This document shows positions 50,074 through 59,048 of a DNA stretch of 64,000 nucleotides, piece after piece. The DNA is from Flavobacteriales bacterium. GTDB lineage: Bacteria > Bacteroidota > Bacteroidia > Flavobacteriales > ECT2AJA-044. The translations under genes were made by a program, and so were the position numbers. Location of the stretch: contig CBFHRK010000001.1 in NCBI GenBank assembly GCA_965658225.1, positions 2,335-66,334 of the forward strand, read 5' to 3'. The notes below the pieces were generated by a model. That model was not told the origin of the DNA. It saw only the letters and a program-made list of their open reading frames with translations, and searched no databases. Each line of letters starts with the position of its first letter. The stretch's first letter is position 1.

Positions 50074-50999
50074 TTATATACACACCCAACAAAGCTTTTG
50101 GTAAAGATATTCTTCATTGGGGACGCAGCTGGACAATGCGGCGCTTAATCTATTTCACCTTAATTATTGGTGCAATAACTGGACTTATTTGCGCTCCTAT
50201 AGTACATCTGGAAGTCACGGAAGAACTAAAAATGAATCCGTCCGTTTTTTCGTTTTTAGGGATTGTGCTAAGTATTTTATTGGTATTTAGAACCAATACG
50301 GCCTATGATCGATGGTGGGAAGGCAGAAAGCAATGGGGCGCACTCGTGAACAACTGTCGCAACCTAGCCATCTTGGTGCAAACCTCCTTTCCCAAAAATG
50401 ATCTAAGCTCCCGTACATTTATGGCCGTGCATATCAGCAACTTCTGTATCGCTTTCAAGGAACATTTGCGCGAGGGAACTAAACTAGAGGAGTTGATTGA
50501 TGTCTCCAGAGAAGAGCTGACGGTTTACGAATCCAAAGACCATGTGCCCAATCACATTGCATTAGAAATTCAACAATGCCTGCATGATGCCTATCGGGCC
50601 GAGGCCATAGGGCCGGAGGACCACCGAAACATGAAAGAACAGTGGCAATCATTGCTCGATATTTTAGGTGCATGCGAGCGTATTAAAAAGACGCCAATTC
50701 CCTTTAGCTACGCGGTTCATATCCGATTATTCATTTTGGCCTACACAGTGCTCCTTCCCTTCGCTTTAGTGGCAAGTTTTGAGTATTGGACGGTACCCTT
50801 AGTCATGTTCATATTTTATGCCTTCATGGGAGTTCAAATGATGGCCGAAGAAATTGAAGATCCTTTTGGGCTCGATTGTAACGACCTCCCAACGGGCACC
50901 ATTGCTCACACAATAAAAAACAACGTTTTCGAAATTTTAGAAAACAAATCGCACCAGGGCCTTCGTCTGGAATTACACGATTACGATAAAATACATTGA
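50070..50999 (+). CDS. Bestrophin-family (YneE/VCCN1-like) anion channel
   Basis: LVFRTNTAYDRWWEGRKQWG, ERIKKTPIPFSY and EIEDPFG.D.NDLP. Confidence 0.95.
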   Translation: MIIYTPNKAFGKDILHWGRSWTMRRLIYFTLIIGAITGLICAPIVHLEVTEELKMNPSVFSFLGIVLSILLVFRTNTAYDRWWEGRKQWGALVNNCRNLAILVQTSFPKNDLSSRTFMAVHISNFCIAFKEHLREGTKLEELIDVSREELTVYESKDHVPNHIALEIQQCLHDAYRAEAIGPEDHRNMKEQWQSLLDILGACERIKKTPIPFSYAVHIRLFILAYTVLLPFALVASFEYWTVPLVMFIFYAFMGVQMMAEEIEDPFGLDCNDLPTGTIAHTIKNNVFEILENKSHQGLRLELHDYDKIH

Positions 51000-51000
51000 C

Positions 51001-51942
51001 ATGCCCACTTTTGCAGAGGATGTCCTGGCCGGACTAAGCAAAGAAGAGAAATCTATCAGTTCAAAATACTTTTACGACGCCAAAGGCAGCGCTATTTTTC
51101 AGGCGATCATGCGTATGCCAACGTACTACCTAACTGATTCAGAATTTGAGATTTTAGAAACGAATAAAGCTGAAATTCTCGAGCTCTTCACGGAAGACCA
51201 AGGTCCATTCAACTTGGTCGAGTTTGGAGCTGGAGATGGATTAAAGACGAAAATACTGATCGAATTCTTTTTAAAAGAAAACGTTGATTTCACCTACGCT
51301 CCTATTGACATTTCACGAGATGCGCTGAACAACTTATCTGATGATTTACGGAGCAAGTGGCCCGATTTAAAAATTAACCCGCTGCACACAGACTATTTCA
51401 ATGGTTTAGATGTATTACAAAAGGAAGAGCGAAGAAATATCGTTCTCTTTTTAGGTTCCAATCTGGGGAATTTCGATCCCAAGGGAGCTCAGGTATTCCT
51501 ATCAGAAATACGCGCGCATCTAAAATCCAAGGATGGTTTATTTATTGGTCTGGACTTACAGAAAGATCCACATGTAATCCTACGGGCATACAATGACCCG
51601 GAAGGCATCACAAAGTCGTTTAACCTTAATTTATTGAATCGCATCAACGAGGAGCTCGGAGGCCATTTTGACCCCATGAAATTTGATTTCTACTGCTCCT
51701 ATTCGCCCGAAACAGGTGAGGTGCGCTCCTATATAGTGAGTAAAACGGACCAAAAAGTTCGGATCGATTCACTAAACTTTGAAGCCCAGTTCAAACAATG
51801 GGAAACGATTCATACCGAAATAAGTAGGAAGTTTAAGCTGGACAGGATGCCGAAGCTCGCGAATGAAAATGGTTTTGAATTCGTCTCGAATACGCTTGAC
51901 TGCAAGCACTATTTCGTAAACTCCTATTGGAGGGTAAAATGA
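51001..51942 (+). CDS. egtD: L-histidine N-alpha-methyltransferase EgtD
   Basis: SSKYFYDAKGS, PTYYLT, LVEFGAGDG.KT, FLGSNLGNF and IHTEISRKF. Confidence 0.95.
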   Translation: MPTFAEDVLAGLSKEEKSISSKYFYDAKGSAIFQAIMRMPTYYLTDSEFEILETNKAEILELFTEDQGPFNLVEFGAGDGLKTKILIEFFLKENVDFTYAPIDISRDALNNLSDDLRSKWPDLKINPLHTDYFNGLDVLQKEERRNIVLFLGSNLGNFDPKGAQVFLSEIRAHLKSKDGLFIGLDLQKDPHVILRAYNDPEGITKSFNLNLLNRINEELGGHFDPMKFDFYCSYSPETGEVRSYIVSKTDQKVRIDSLNFEAQFKQWETIHTEISRKFKLDRMPKLANENGFEFVSNTLDCKHYFVNSYWRVK

Positions 51943-51943
51943 A

Positions 51944-51968
51944 AAAGGTCGCTCAATGAGCGACCTTT
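51944..51968. terminator. Bidirectional terminator between convergent egtD and rpsT
   Basis: AAAGGTCGCTC-AAT-GAGCGACCTTT perfect inverted repeat. Confidence 0.85.
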
Positions 51969-51993
51969 AGTCTTTTTCAAAAGCCAATTTCTA

Positions 51994-52245
51994 TCAGGCG
52001 CTAGCGATCTGATTCATCATACCACTCTTTAGGTTTGCCGCCTTTTTCTTGTGGATAACATTGGTTTTAGCCAAGCGGTCGATCATACTCGCCACTTGCG
52101 GGTAACGCTCTTCCATTTGTTTTTTGTCGGTCATACCACGAAATTCACGCAATGCATTACGCATTGTTTTGTGGTAATAACGATTGCGCAAGCGACGAAC
52201 TTCAGTGCTGCGGATTCTCTTTAATGCTGACTTATGATTAGCCAT
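51994..52245 (-). CDS. rpsT: 30S ribosomal protein S20
   Basis: [12 protein letters not shown]...[20 protein letters not shown]. Confidence 0.99.
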   Translation of the reverse strand: MANHKSALKRIRSTEVRRLRNRYYHKTMRNALREFRGMTDKKQMEERYPQVASMIDRLAKTNVIHKKKAANLKSGMMNQIASA

Positions 52246-52266
52246 AATACTTCTTCTTATTCTTTG

Positions 52267-52338
52267 TAGCCCGTAGGGGATTCGAACCCCTGCTACCAGG
52301 ATGAAAACCTGGCGTCCTAACCCCTAGACGAACGGGCC
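52267..52338 (-). tRNA. tRNA-Glu (TTC)
   Basis: GGCCCGTTCGTCTAGGGGTTAGGACGCCAGGTTTTCATCCTGGTAGCAGGGGTTCGAATCCCCTACGGGCTA, with TTC anticodon loop and GTTCGAATC T-loop. CCA is not encoded. Confidence 0.97.
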
Positions 52339-52365
52339 GCGTTGCCTCTATTATTTTAGGGAGTG

Positions 52366-52373
52366 CAAATGTA
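52366..52373 (-). promoter_or_regulatory. -7 promoter element for tRNA-Glu/rpsT
   Basis: The minus strand reads TACATTTG, 28 nt upstream of the tRNA 5' end. Confidence 0.6.
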
Positions 52374-52443
52374 ACGCACATTTTTCTTCTCACAAAGAAA
52401 TGAGTGAAAAAAAATTCAACCTCATCTTCTTTCGAAGCGCTAA

Positions 52444-53919
52444 TTAATACGCTCGTGCAAAAACCACCCTTCTATTTGACGGCGCTCCCGTTAAAATACA
52501 AGCTCCTTTTTCTTCTTTACCCTCAAGTGGAATACAGCGAATAGTCGCTTTAGTCATCTCTTTAATTTTCTCTTCCGTCTCTGGAGTCCCATCCCAATGG
52601 GCGTACACAAATCCGCCTTTCTTTTTAATGATTGATTCAAATTCTTCCCAAGTATCCGCTCTATGTGTATTTTCCTCTCTGTAATCTACAGCTTTATTGA
52701 ACATATTCATTTGAATCTGCTCCAATAAATGAGTGACTTTAGCCTCCAAATCCGATTGCTGAAGAAACTCTTTTTCAAGGGTGTCGCGACGAGCCAATTC
52801 CACCGTGCCATTTTCTAAATCGCGGGGTCCCATTGCTATTCGGAGGGGAACTCCTTTGAGTTCATACTCATTGAATTTCCAACCTGGTTTGTACGTATCC
52901 CGATCATCGAGATGTACACGAACTCCCGCTTTGCGCAAGCCTGTCTGAATTTCTTTTAACTTCTCAACAACAGCATCTCTTTGTTCATCGCTTCGGTAGA
53001 TAGGAACCAACACCACTTGATGTGGAGCTAAGTTTGGGGGTAAAACCAATCCGTTATCATCGCTATGCGTCATTATCAAAGCGCCCATTAAACGGGTGCT
53101 TACACCCCATGAAGTTGCCCAAACATATTCTAATTTCCCTTCTTTGCTTTGGAATTTTACATCGAAAGCTTTTGCGAAATTCTGACCCAAGAAATGTGAA
53201 GTCCCGGCCTGAAGTGCTTTCCCATCTTGCATCAACGCTTCAATACAATAGGTCTCTAAAGCTCCGGCGAAACGCTCGTTTGGACTCTTCACCCCTTGTA
53301 ATACTGGGATTCCCATGTATTCTTCGGCGAAGGTCGCATAAACACCCAGCATTTGCTCTGCTTCGGCAATGGCCTCTGTTTTCGTTGCATGCGCCGTGTG
53401 ACCTTCTTGCCATAAGAATTCAGCCGTTCTCAGAAACAAACGTGTTCTCATTTCCCACCGAACCACATTTGCCCATTGATTAATCAAAAGAGGTAAGTCT
53501 CGATAGCTCTGAATCCATCTGCGATAAGTGTCCCAAATGATGGTCTCCGATGTAGGGCGAACAATCAATTCTTCTTCGAGCTTAGCCGTTTCGTCTACCA
53601 CGATTCCGCTTCCATCTTCAGCGTTCTTCAAACGGTAATGAGTAACCACGGCACATTCCTTGGCAAAACCTTCAACATGACTCGCCTCCTTACTGAAATA
53701 CGATTTCGGAATAAAGAGTGGGAAATAAGCATTTACGTGTCCGGTTTCTTTAAACATACGATCGAGCTCAGCCTGCATGCGTTCCCATATTGCATACCCA
53801 TACGGCTTAATCACCATGGATCCACGGACACCGGAGTTCTCAGCCAAGTCGGCCATATTGACTAACTCGTTGTACCACTTACTATAATCTTCAGATCTCT
53901 TCGTTAACTTTTGGGCCAT
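52444..53919 (-). CDS. proS: Prolyl-tRNA synthetase (archaeal/eukaryote-like type)
   Basis: [36 protein letters not shown] and C-terminal FARAY. Confidence 0.99.
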   Translation of the reverse strand: MAQKLTKRSEDYSKWYNELVNMADLAENSGVRGSMVIKPYGYAIWERMQAELDRMFKETGHVNAYFPLFIPKSYFSKEASHVEGFAKECAVVTHYRLKNAEDGSGIVVDETAKLEEELIVRPTSETIIWDTYRRWIQSYRDLPLLINQWANVVRWEMRTRLFLRTAEFLWQEGHTAHATKTEAIAEAEQMLGVYATFAEEYMGIPVLQGVKSPNERFAGALETYCIEALMQDGKALQAGTSHFLGQNFAKAFDVKFQSKEGKLEYVWATSWGVSTRLMGALIMTHSDDNGLVLPPNLAPHQVVLVPIYRSDEQRDAVVEKLKEIQTGLRKAGVRVHLDDRDTYKPGWKFNEYELKGVPLRIAMGPRDLENGTVELARRDTLEKEFLQQSDLEAKVTHLLEQIQMNMFNKAVDYREENTHRADTWEEFESIIKKKGGFVYAHWDGTPETEEKIKEMTKATIRCIPLEGKEEKGACILTGAPSNRRVVFARAY

Positions 53920-53970
53920 CAGAATTTATGGTATAAAATTTGTACCTTCTTGGATAAACAATTTAGCCAC

Positions 53971-53978
53971 CAAAGGTA
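53971..53978 (-). promoter_or_regulatory. -7 promoter element for proS
   Basis: The minus strand reads TACCTTTG about 50 nt upstream of the start. Confidence 0.5.
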
Positions 53979-54004
53979 TTAAAACTACCCGCTAAAATCA
54001 GCGT

Positions 54005-55264
54005 ATGAAAAAGACACTTCCCCTTATAGTACTATGCGCCTCGATATTATCGAGTTGCTCTTCCAGTTATTTAGCCCAAAACGGTGAATTCGACGGGGTT
54101 TATGATCCCGGCGGTGACGCCGTTGTTTATTACGCTTCTGAGAGCGAACAAGGACAAGAAGAACCAGTAGCGGATTACGATTATGTTGACCCGGAATTTG
54201 ATCCGAGCAATATGAGCGAATACGAATACTCTTCAAGAATCAGACGATTCCATTCAGATGCCGATTTTGGTTACTACGACCCTTATTTTACAAATATGGG
54301 TTACTACAATCCGAATCCAGGAAACTTTGGAACAAGTATTTATTCGGACGTTTATGGTTTCGGGGGAATGCCATACGGAAGCGGATTTGGCAACGGCTGG
54401 AATACCGGAATGGGTTGGAATTCATGGAGCGGTTGGAGCTTCACTTTAGGCTATAGCTGGGGTAACCCGTATGGGCCTTACGGCCCGATGGGTGGCTTCG
54501 GATACAATCCCTATAATCCTTGGAACCCTTTTAACCCTTGGAACCCTTACGGAGGGTTCGGAAACCCTTATTGCCCAAATTATTTCAACTCACTAGACGT
54601 GAACTCGTTTGTGTATGCCCCAAGAGGTCAAAGTCAACCGAATCAGGCCGGATACGTTCAAAATGCCTATCAAGGGGCTTTGAAGTCCGGAACAATAACT
54701 CCTCCGGTCTATGAAGAATTAGTAGCTTCTGCAGAGCCTGTTAGTCGATCTACTAGAACAGTTAAAAATGAATCACCAACAGTGGTGCAATCTGCCCGCG
54801 GAGTAAGTAGCCGTGCAAATCTTACAAGTGTGAACGACCGCTCAACAAGTGTTCGTAAGAACACTCCAGAAAGAATAGAATCTCGAGACATACAAACGCG
54901 TGCCAATTCATATTATCGCCAAATGGAACGATACGCTCGCGGTCAAAATGAATTCTTAAATCGATTTGAACGGTCAGGAACTCCGTCGCGCTCACAAAGC
55001 AACAATTTCCTTGAGCGCCTCGAGCAAGCAACGCGTCAATGGAATGTAGAATCGATGCCGAGTAACAGCCGTGGATGGCAATCTCCTAGCCTAAATCGTA
55101 ACCAAGGAGGTGAATCTCCTGTATTCAGAGGAAATAATGGAGGTAGTGGATCAAGCCCGACCTTCAGGAGCGGTGGAACGAACTCGCGCAGTGGTGGATC
55201 ATCAGGTGGCGGGTCGCGCGGCGGATCAACTGGTGGTGGATCAAGAGGTGGCGGAAGACGATAA
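54005..55264 (+). CDS. Low-complexity lipoprotein (Tyr/Gly/Pro/Asn-rich core, Gly/Ser/Arg tail)
   Basis: Lipobox LSSC, YSSRIRRFH, NPYNPWNPFNPWNPY and C-terminal GGSSGGGSRGG repeats. Confidence 0.8.
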   Translation: MKKTLPLIVLCASILSSCSSSYLAQNGEFDGVYDPGGDAVVYYASESEQGQEEPVADYDYVDPEFDPSNMSEYEYSSRIRRFHSDADFGYYDPYFTNMGYYNPNPGNFGTSIYSDVYGFGGMPYGSGFGNGWNTGMGWNSWSGWSFTLGYSWGNPYGPYGPMGGFGYNPYNPWNPFNPWNPYGGFGNPYCPNYFNSLDVNSFVYAPRGQSQPNQAGYVQNAYQGALKSGTITPPVYEELVASAEPVSRSTRTVKNESPTVVQSARGVSSRANLTSVNDRSTSVRKNTPERIESRDIQTRANSYYRQMERYARGQNEFLNRFERSGTPSRSQSNNFLERLEQATRQWNVESMPSNSRGWQSPSLNRNQGGESPVFRGNNGGSGSSPTFRSGGTNSRSGGSSGGGSRGGSTGGGSRGGGRR

Positions 55265-55268
55265 TCAG

Positions 55269-56723
55269 ATGAAAAAATCGCTCTTCCTCCTATTTATACT
55301 GACCGCTCTTATCGGGGTGGGTCAAACGGCTCAAGACGCCCTTCAATACTCCTTAATCAATTATTACGGAAGTGCCCGATTTGATGCCATGGGCGGGGCG
55401 TTTAACGCGCTCGGTGGCGACTACTCGGCAGTGCTTATAAATCCTGCCGGAGGCAGCATTTATAAAACGACTCAAATGGAATTCACACTCGGCGTAAGTA
55501 GTGACGAGAATAGCGCATTCTACAACAACAGTCCGGCGCGAGATGTCAACTCAAACGTTTATGTAGGCACCGTTGGATTGGTAAAGCGTTATGAAGATGC
55601 CCTGCGATCGCCTAATTGGTCAGATTTGACATTCACAATTGGTTTTGCTCGACTCAACGACTTCAACCGAAAACAGCAAATTCAAGGTGAAGCGGATATC
55701 TCAAGAGCGGATTATTTCACTGATTTAGCGCAAGGAACTCCCTACGAAGATTTAGCCTTTGAATATCCTTTTGACGCGGAATTAGCTTGGTACACCTTTC
55801 TAATCGATACTCTAGGAACTCCCGATAATTATATCTCCCTCGTTGAAAATCCGGGCGGAACCCAGCAAGAGCGAATTAATTCTTCAGGATCTCAAAACGA
55901 AATCAACCTAGGTCTAAGTACGTGTTATGCGAACAGCCTGCATTTTGGAGCGTCGATAGGCATCCCTATTATAAACTACAACGAAGAGCGGTATTATGAC
56001 GAAACAGAATTAGATTCTGCTACGAATACCGTTGGAGGTTGGTCGTACAATCAGTTTTTAGAATCCTCCGGTGGCGGATTTAACCTAAAACTCGGAGTAA
56101 TTTACCGTCCCGTGAACTGGCTCCGTTTAGCAGCGGCATACCACAGTCCGAGTTGGTACACGATGGAGGAGTTTTACAGCAGCTCCATGAGGACTAATTT
56201 CTCTGATGGTGGAACCATTACACGCGATTCTCCCGAAGGAAATTACACCTACGAATTGCGCACCCCTGGCCGATGGCACTTCGGCGCAGCAGTGGTTATT
56301 GCTCCGGCTGGAGTTATTTCCGTCGATTATGAGTTAGTTGATTACAGCAACGCGCAATTTGGCTCGTTAGACGGATTTGATTTTGGACCAACGAACACTC
56401 AAATAGCGAATAGTTACTCGAACAGTAACGTTTTAAGAGTGGGCACGGAATGGCGCGCTAAAAACTTGTATTTCAGGGGTGGTTATCAAGCTTGGGGCAG
56501 TCCACTCAATAACGCCTCTCCATTCAGCTACGATAGAACCAGTATATCGGGGGGTATAGGATTCCGAAGTCATAGCTTTCAGCTCGACTTCACCTATATG
56601 GTAACGGAAGTAAACTCGACCCGTTATTTATACGCAACTGTGGACGGACAAGAAACCAATCCGGTTTCTATAAGCAATAGAGAGCAGCGCTTTGTTGTGA
56701 CTGCGGGATTCCCAATTCGGTAG
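55269..56723 (+). CDS. OMPP1/FadL/TodX family outer-membrane protein
   Basis: GSARFDAMGGAFNALGGD.S....NPAG hatch motif and beta-strand pattern. Start moved to the ATG at 55269. Confidence 0.88.
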   Translation: MKKSLFLLFILTALIGVGQTAQDALQYSLINYYGSARFDAMGGAFNALGGDYSAVLINPAGGSIYKTTQMEFTLGVSSDENSAFYNNSPARDVNSNVYVGTVGLVKRYEDALRSPNWSDLTFTIGFARLNDFNRKQQIQGEADISRADYFTDLAQGTPYEDLAFEYPFDAELAWYTFLIDTLGTPDNYISLVENPGGTQQERINSSGSQNEINLGLSTCYANSLHFGASIGIPIINYNEERYYDETELDSATNTVGGWSYNQFLESSGGGFNLKLGVIYRPVNWLRLAAAYHSPSWYTMEEFYSSSMRTNFSDGGTITRDSPEGNYTYELRTPGRWHFGAAVVIAPAGVISVDYELVDYSNAQFGSLDGFDFGPTNTQIANSYSNSNVLRVGTEWRAKNLYFRGGYQAWGSPLNNASPFSYDRTSISGGIGFRSHSFQLDFTYMVTEVNSTRYLYATVDGQETNPVSISNREQRFVVTAGFPIR

Positions 56724-58193
56724 TTATTTTAACGTTTTGAGCGCACTTTTGGCCTGTCGCTGATAACTTGCCGCATAAGGGTAGTTGTTGTACTCCAAGG
56801 AAGCGTTAAAATGGATTTCCGCTTTTTCCAATTCGCCTTTTGAAAGGTACAATTCGGCCATTCGAATGTGACTCGCCGGAACTAAGTATGTTCTTGAATC
56901 AAAAGGGATTTTAACTGTTCTTTGGTACTCATCAATGGCTTGCAATGCATTCCCTTTTCGCTCGTAGATGCGCGCTCGATAATAATGCCAAAGTTGATTA
57001 TTCAAAGTACTTGAAAATAAGTGCGGATTTATGCTTTCAAGCATTTTTTCCGCCTTCTCCAGGTTTCCCGAGTCGAAAGCCAATCGCACTTGCAACAAAT
57101 TCGGATGGGGTCGCACTTGCGATTCGAAAACGGCTTGTTTGTCGGCTCCTACAAATGCCTTGCCTTTCGCCTTTATTTCCTTGGTATAAAGTAAATAAGA
57201 GCTTTCATCGCCTTGAAGTAGAAAATGCCAACTCAAATACAAATAAGCCGATTTCAAGTAGTTTTGTCCCGGATACTGATTAATGAAATAGAGTAATTGG
57301 TTTTCAGCTTCGTCACTACGGTTACGAACAAGCGTTTTTCCGAAAGAGTATTCCAAGTACCAAAGTCCTAGGTTTCCTTTTCCTTTTTTAACTCGAGTGA
57401 GTATATCAATCGCCAATTGGCCTTTCCCCGATCTTGTTAAGTATTCGGATTTAAGAAATAAAAAGAGCGGATATTCGAGCGCCTCTTGCTCCGTAACAAG
57501 CACCTCTTGTTCAACTTCGACATTCAGTGTTACATAGGCCGTTGTAAAACGTGCGTGCAGCAGGTCCATCGAATTCCCTTTCGCACTTTGCGACAAACGA
57601 TTCAAAATCCGCTTTCCTTTGGCTATGTTGCCATTGAGTCCAACTACGGAAGCATACCATTGGTAATTTTCTGGAATTGCTCCCATAACCAACTGCATTA
57701 TCCCCCAGCCTAGCATGTTGGATGACAAAAGTGAATCTTGCCGATAGGCAGTTTCGTACAAATTATAACTGCGGTAAATATCCATTGCCGCGCTTAAACT
57801 GCTTTCGGAGCTCAAGTGAACAAACCCGCGTTTGAGGTATAACTCACCCAAAAGACCCGCTCTTCGAGGATGACTTTTAGGAAGGTCTGAGACCTTTTTG
57901 AAAAGGTTATCGTAGTGGTTAAACAACCGAGCTTTATCTTCCGACCGTTCTGTGTTCATGAACTGAATTAGGTCCACGTCTGATTGAATGTAAAACGGAA
58001 CAAGATTGTCGGGGTCTTTTGAGCTCAGGCTGTCTAGAATCGTTTTAGCCTTCTTGAACTGAAATTTAAACACCAAGTCATATGCACGGTCGAACTCTGT
58101 TGACCATGTGAAATGGGGAGTGCCCTGTAGAAAATATGAATTGGTGAGAAGCGCACAAAAAACGAGTGCATACCTCAGTGTCAAAAATTTCAT
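56724..58193 (-). CDS. TPR-repeat exported protein
   Basis: Signal-like N-terminus and helical repeats (YYRARIYERKG, HIRMAELYLSKG). Confidence 0.75.
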   Translation of the reverse strand: MKFLTLRYALVFCALLTNSYFLQGTPHFTWSTEFDRAYDLVFKFQFKKAKTILDSLSSKDPDNLVPFYIQSDVDLIQFMNTERSEDKARLFNHYDNLFKKVSDLPKSHPRRAGLLGELYLKRGFVHLSSESSLSAAMDIYRSYNLYETAYRQDSLLSSNMLGWGIMQLVMGAIPENYQWYASVVGLNGNIAKGKRILNRLSQSAKGNSMDLLHARFTTAYVTLNVEVEQEVLVTEQEALEYPLFLFLKSEYLTRSGKGQLAIDILTRVKKGKGNLGLWYLEYSFGKTLVRNRSDEAENQLLYFINQYPGQNYLKSAYLYLSWHFLLQGDESSYLLYTKEIKAKGKAFVGADKQAVFESQVRPHPNLLQVRLAFDSGNLEKAEKMLESINPHLFSSTLNNQLWHYYRARIYERKGNALQAIDEYQRTVKIPFDSRTYLVPASHIRMAELYLSKGELEKAEIHFNASLEYNNYPYAASYQRQAKSALKTLK

Positions 58194-58200
58194 GCAACAA

Positions 58201-58233
58201 AAAAAGGGTTTCTTACAATAAGAAACCCTTTTT
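58201..58233. terminator. Intrinsic terminator after the zinc-ribbon gene
   Basis: AAAAAGGGTTTCTTA-CAA-TAAGAAACCCTTTTT perfect inverted repeat. Confidence 0.85.
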
Positions 58234-58252
58234 CAGTGCTATTTCGTACGAA

Positions 58253-59044
58253 TCAGAAACTAGATCCAGCAAAAAGTTTTGCCATTTTCTCTTCTTCTTC
58301 TCCAGCAAGCTCCGGATCTACTAAAATACGTCCACAGTGCTCACTCGTCATGATTTTCTTGCGTTGTGCAATTTCCATTTGCTGCTGTGGTGGAATGGTA
58401 AAGAAGGAACCACCCGTAGCGCCGCGCTCAACAGTAACTACGGCAAGTCCATTTTTCGAGTTTCCGCGGATTCTATTGTAAGCGCCTAATAAGCGTTCTT
58501 CGATTTGCTTCTCGAACTCCGTCGCCTTTTTAAGCAACGCCTTCTCTTCTTTTTCCGTTTCTTTCAAAATTGTATCCAACTCAGCTTTCTTGTGCTCAAG
58601 GTGCTTGCTGCGCTCTTCCAGTTTTGATTTAGAAACATCCAACACTTCGTTTTTCGCTTCAATCTTCGCTTTGAATTCTTTGATTCGCTTTTCAGCAAGC
58701 TCGATTTCAAGCGTTTGGAATTCAATTTCTTTGGTCAGGGCATCAAATTCACGGTTGTTACGAACCTTCATTTGCTGTCCTTCGTATTTCTTGATTAGCT
58801 CTTGAGCATCGGCAATCAGGTTTTTCTTTGCTGTAATTTCAGCATCGAGTTCGCCAATTTCTCCTTCGAACTTCTCAATTCGCTTCGTTAATCCAGAGAT
58901 TTCATCTTCAAGATCTTCAACCTCTAATGGTAATTCACCTCGTACTGAGCGAATCTTATCGATTCTTGAATGCACTAATTGAAGGTCAAATAACGCGCGG
59001 AGCTTCTCCTCCACTGAAATTTCTTTCTTTGTTGACTTCGCCAT
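58253..59044 (-). CDS. Coiled-coil/C4 zinc-ribbon (DUF164-like) protein
   Basis: Long coiled coil, VRNNREFDAL and C-terminal degenerate ribbon GGSFFTIP...EHCGRIL. Operonic with Nif3. Confidence 0.9.
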   Translation of the reverse strand: MAKSTKKEISVEEKLRALFDLQLVHSRIDKIRSVRGELPLEVEDLEDEISGLTKRIEKFEGEIGELDAEITAKKNLIADAQELIKKYEGQQMKVRNNREFDALTKEIEFQTLEIELAEKRIKEFKAKIEAKNEVLDVSKSKLEERSKHLEHKKAELDTILKETEKEEKALLKKATEFEKQIEERLLGAYNRIRGNSKNGLAVVTVERGATGGSFFTIPPQQQMEIAQRKKIMTSEHCGRILVDPELAGEEEEKMAKLFAGSSF

Positions 59045-59048
59045 AAGT

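Larger units (their letters stand above)
860..54489. repeat. Dispersed short palindrome family WTC-GGGCC-G(N1-2)A-GGCCC
   Basis: Perfect copies at 860-872, 24138-24150, 36317-36330, 37013-37025, 40189-40202, 44942-44954 and 54473-54486 (see findings). Confidence 0.85.

Noticed and set aside
52267-52338. Island integrated at tRNA-Glu
   Set aside because: The tRNA is flanked directly by rpsT and proS, and I saw no duplicated tRNA 3' end or integrase.
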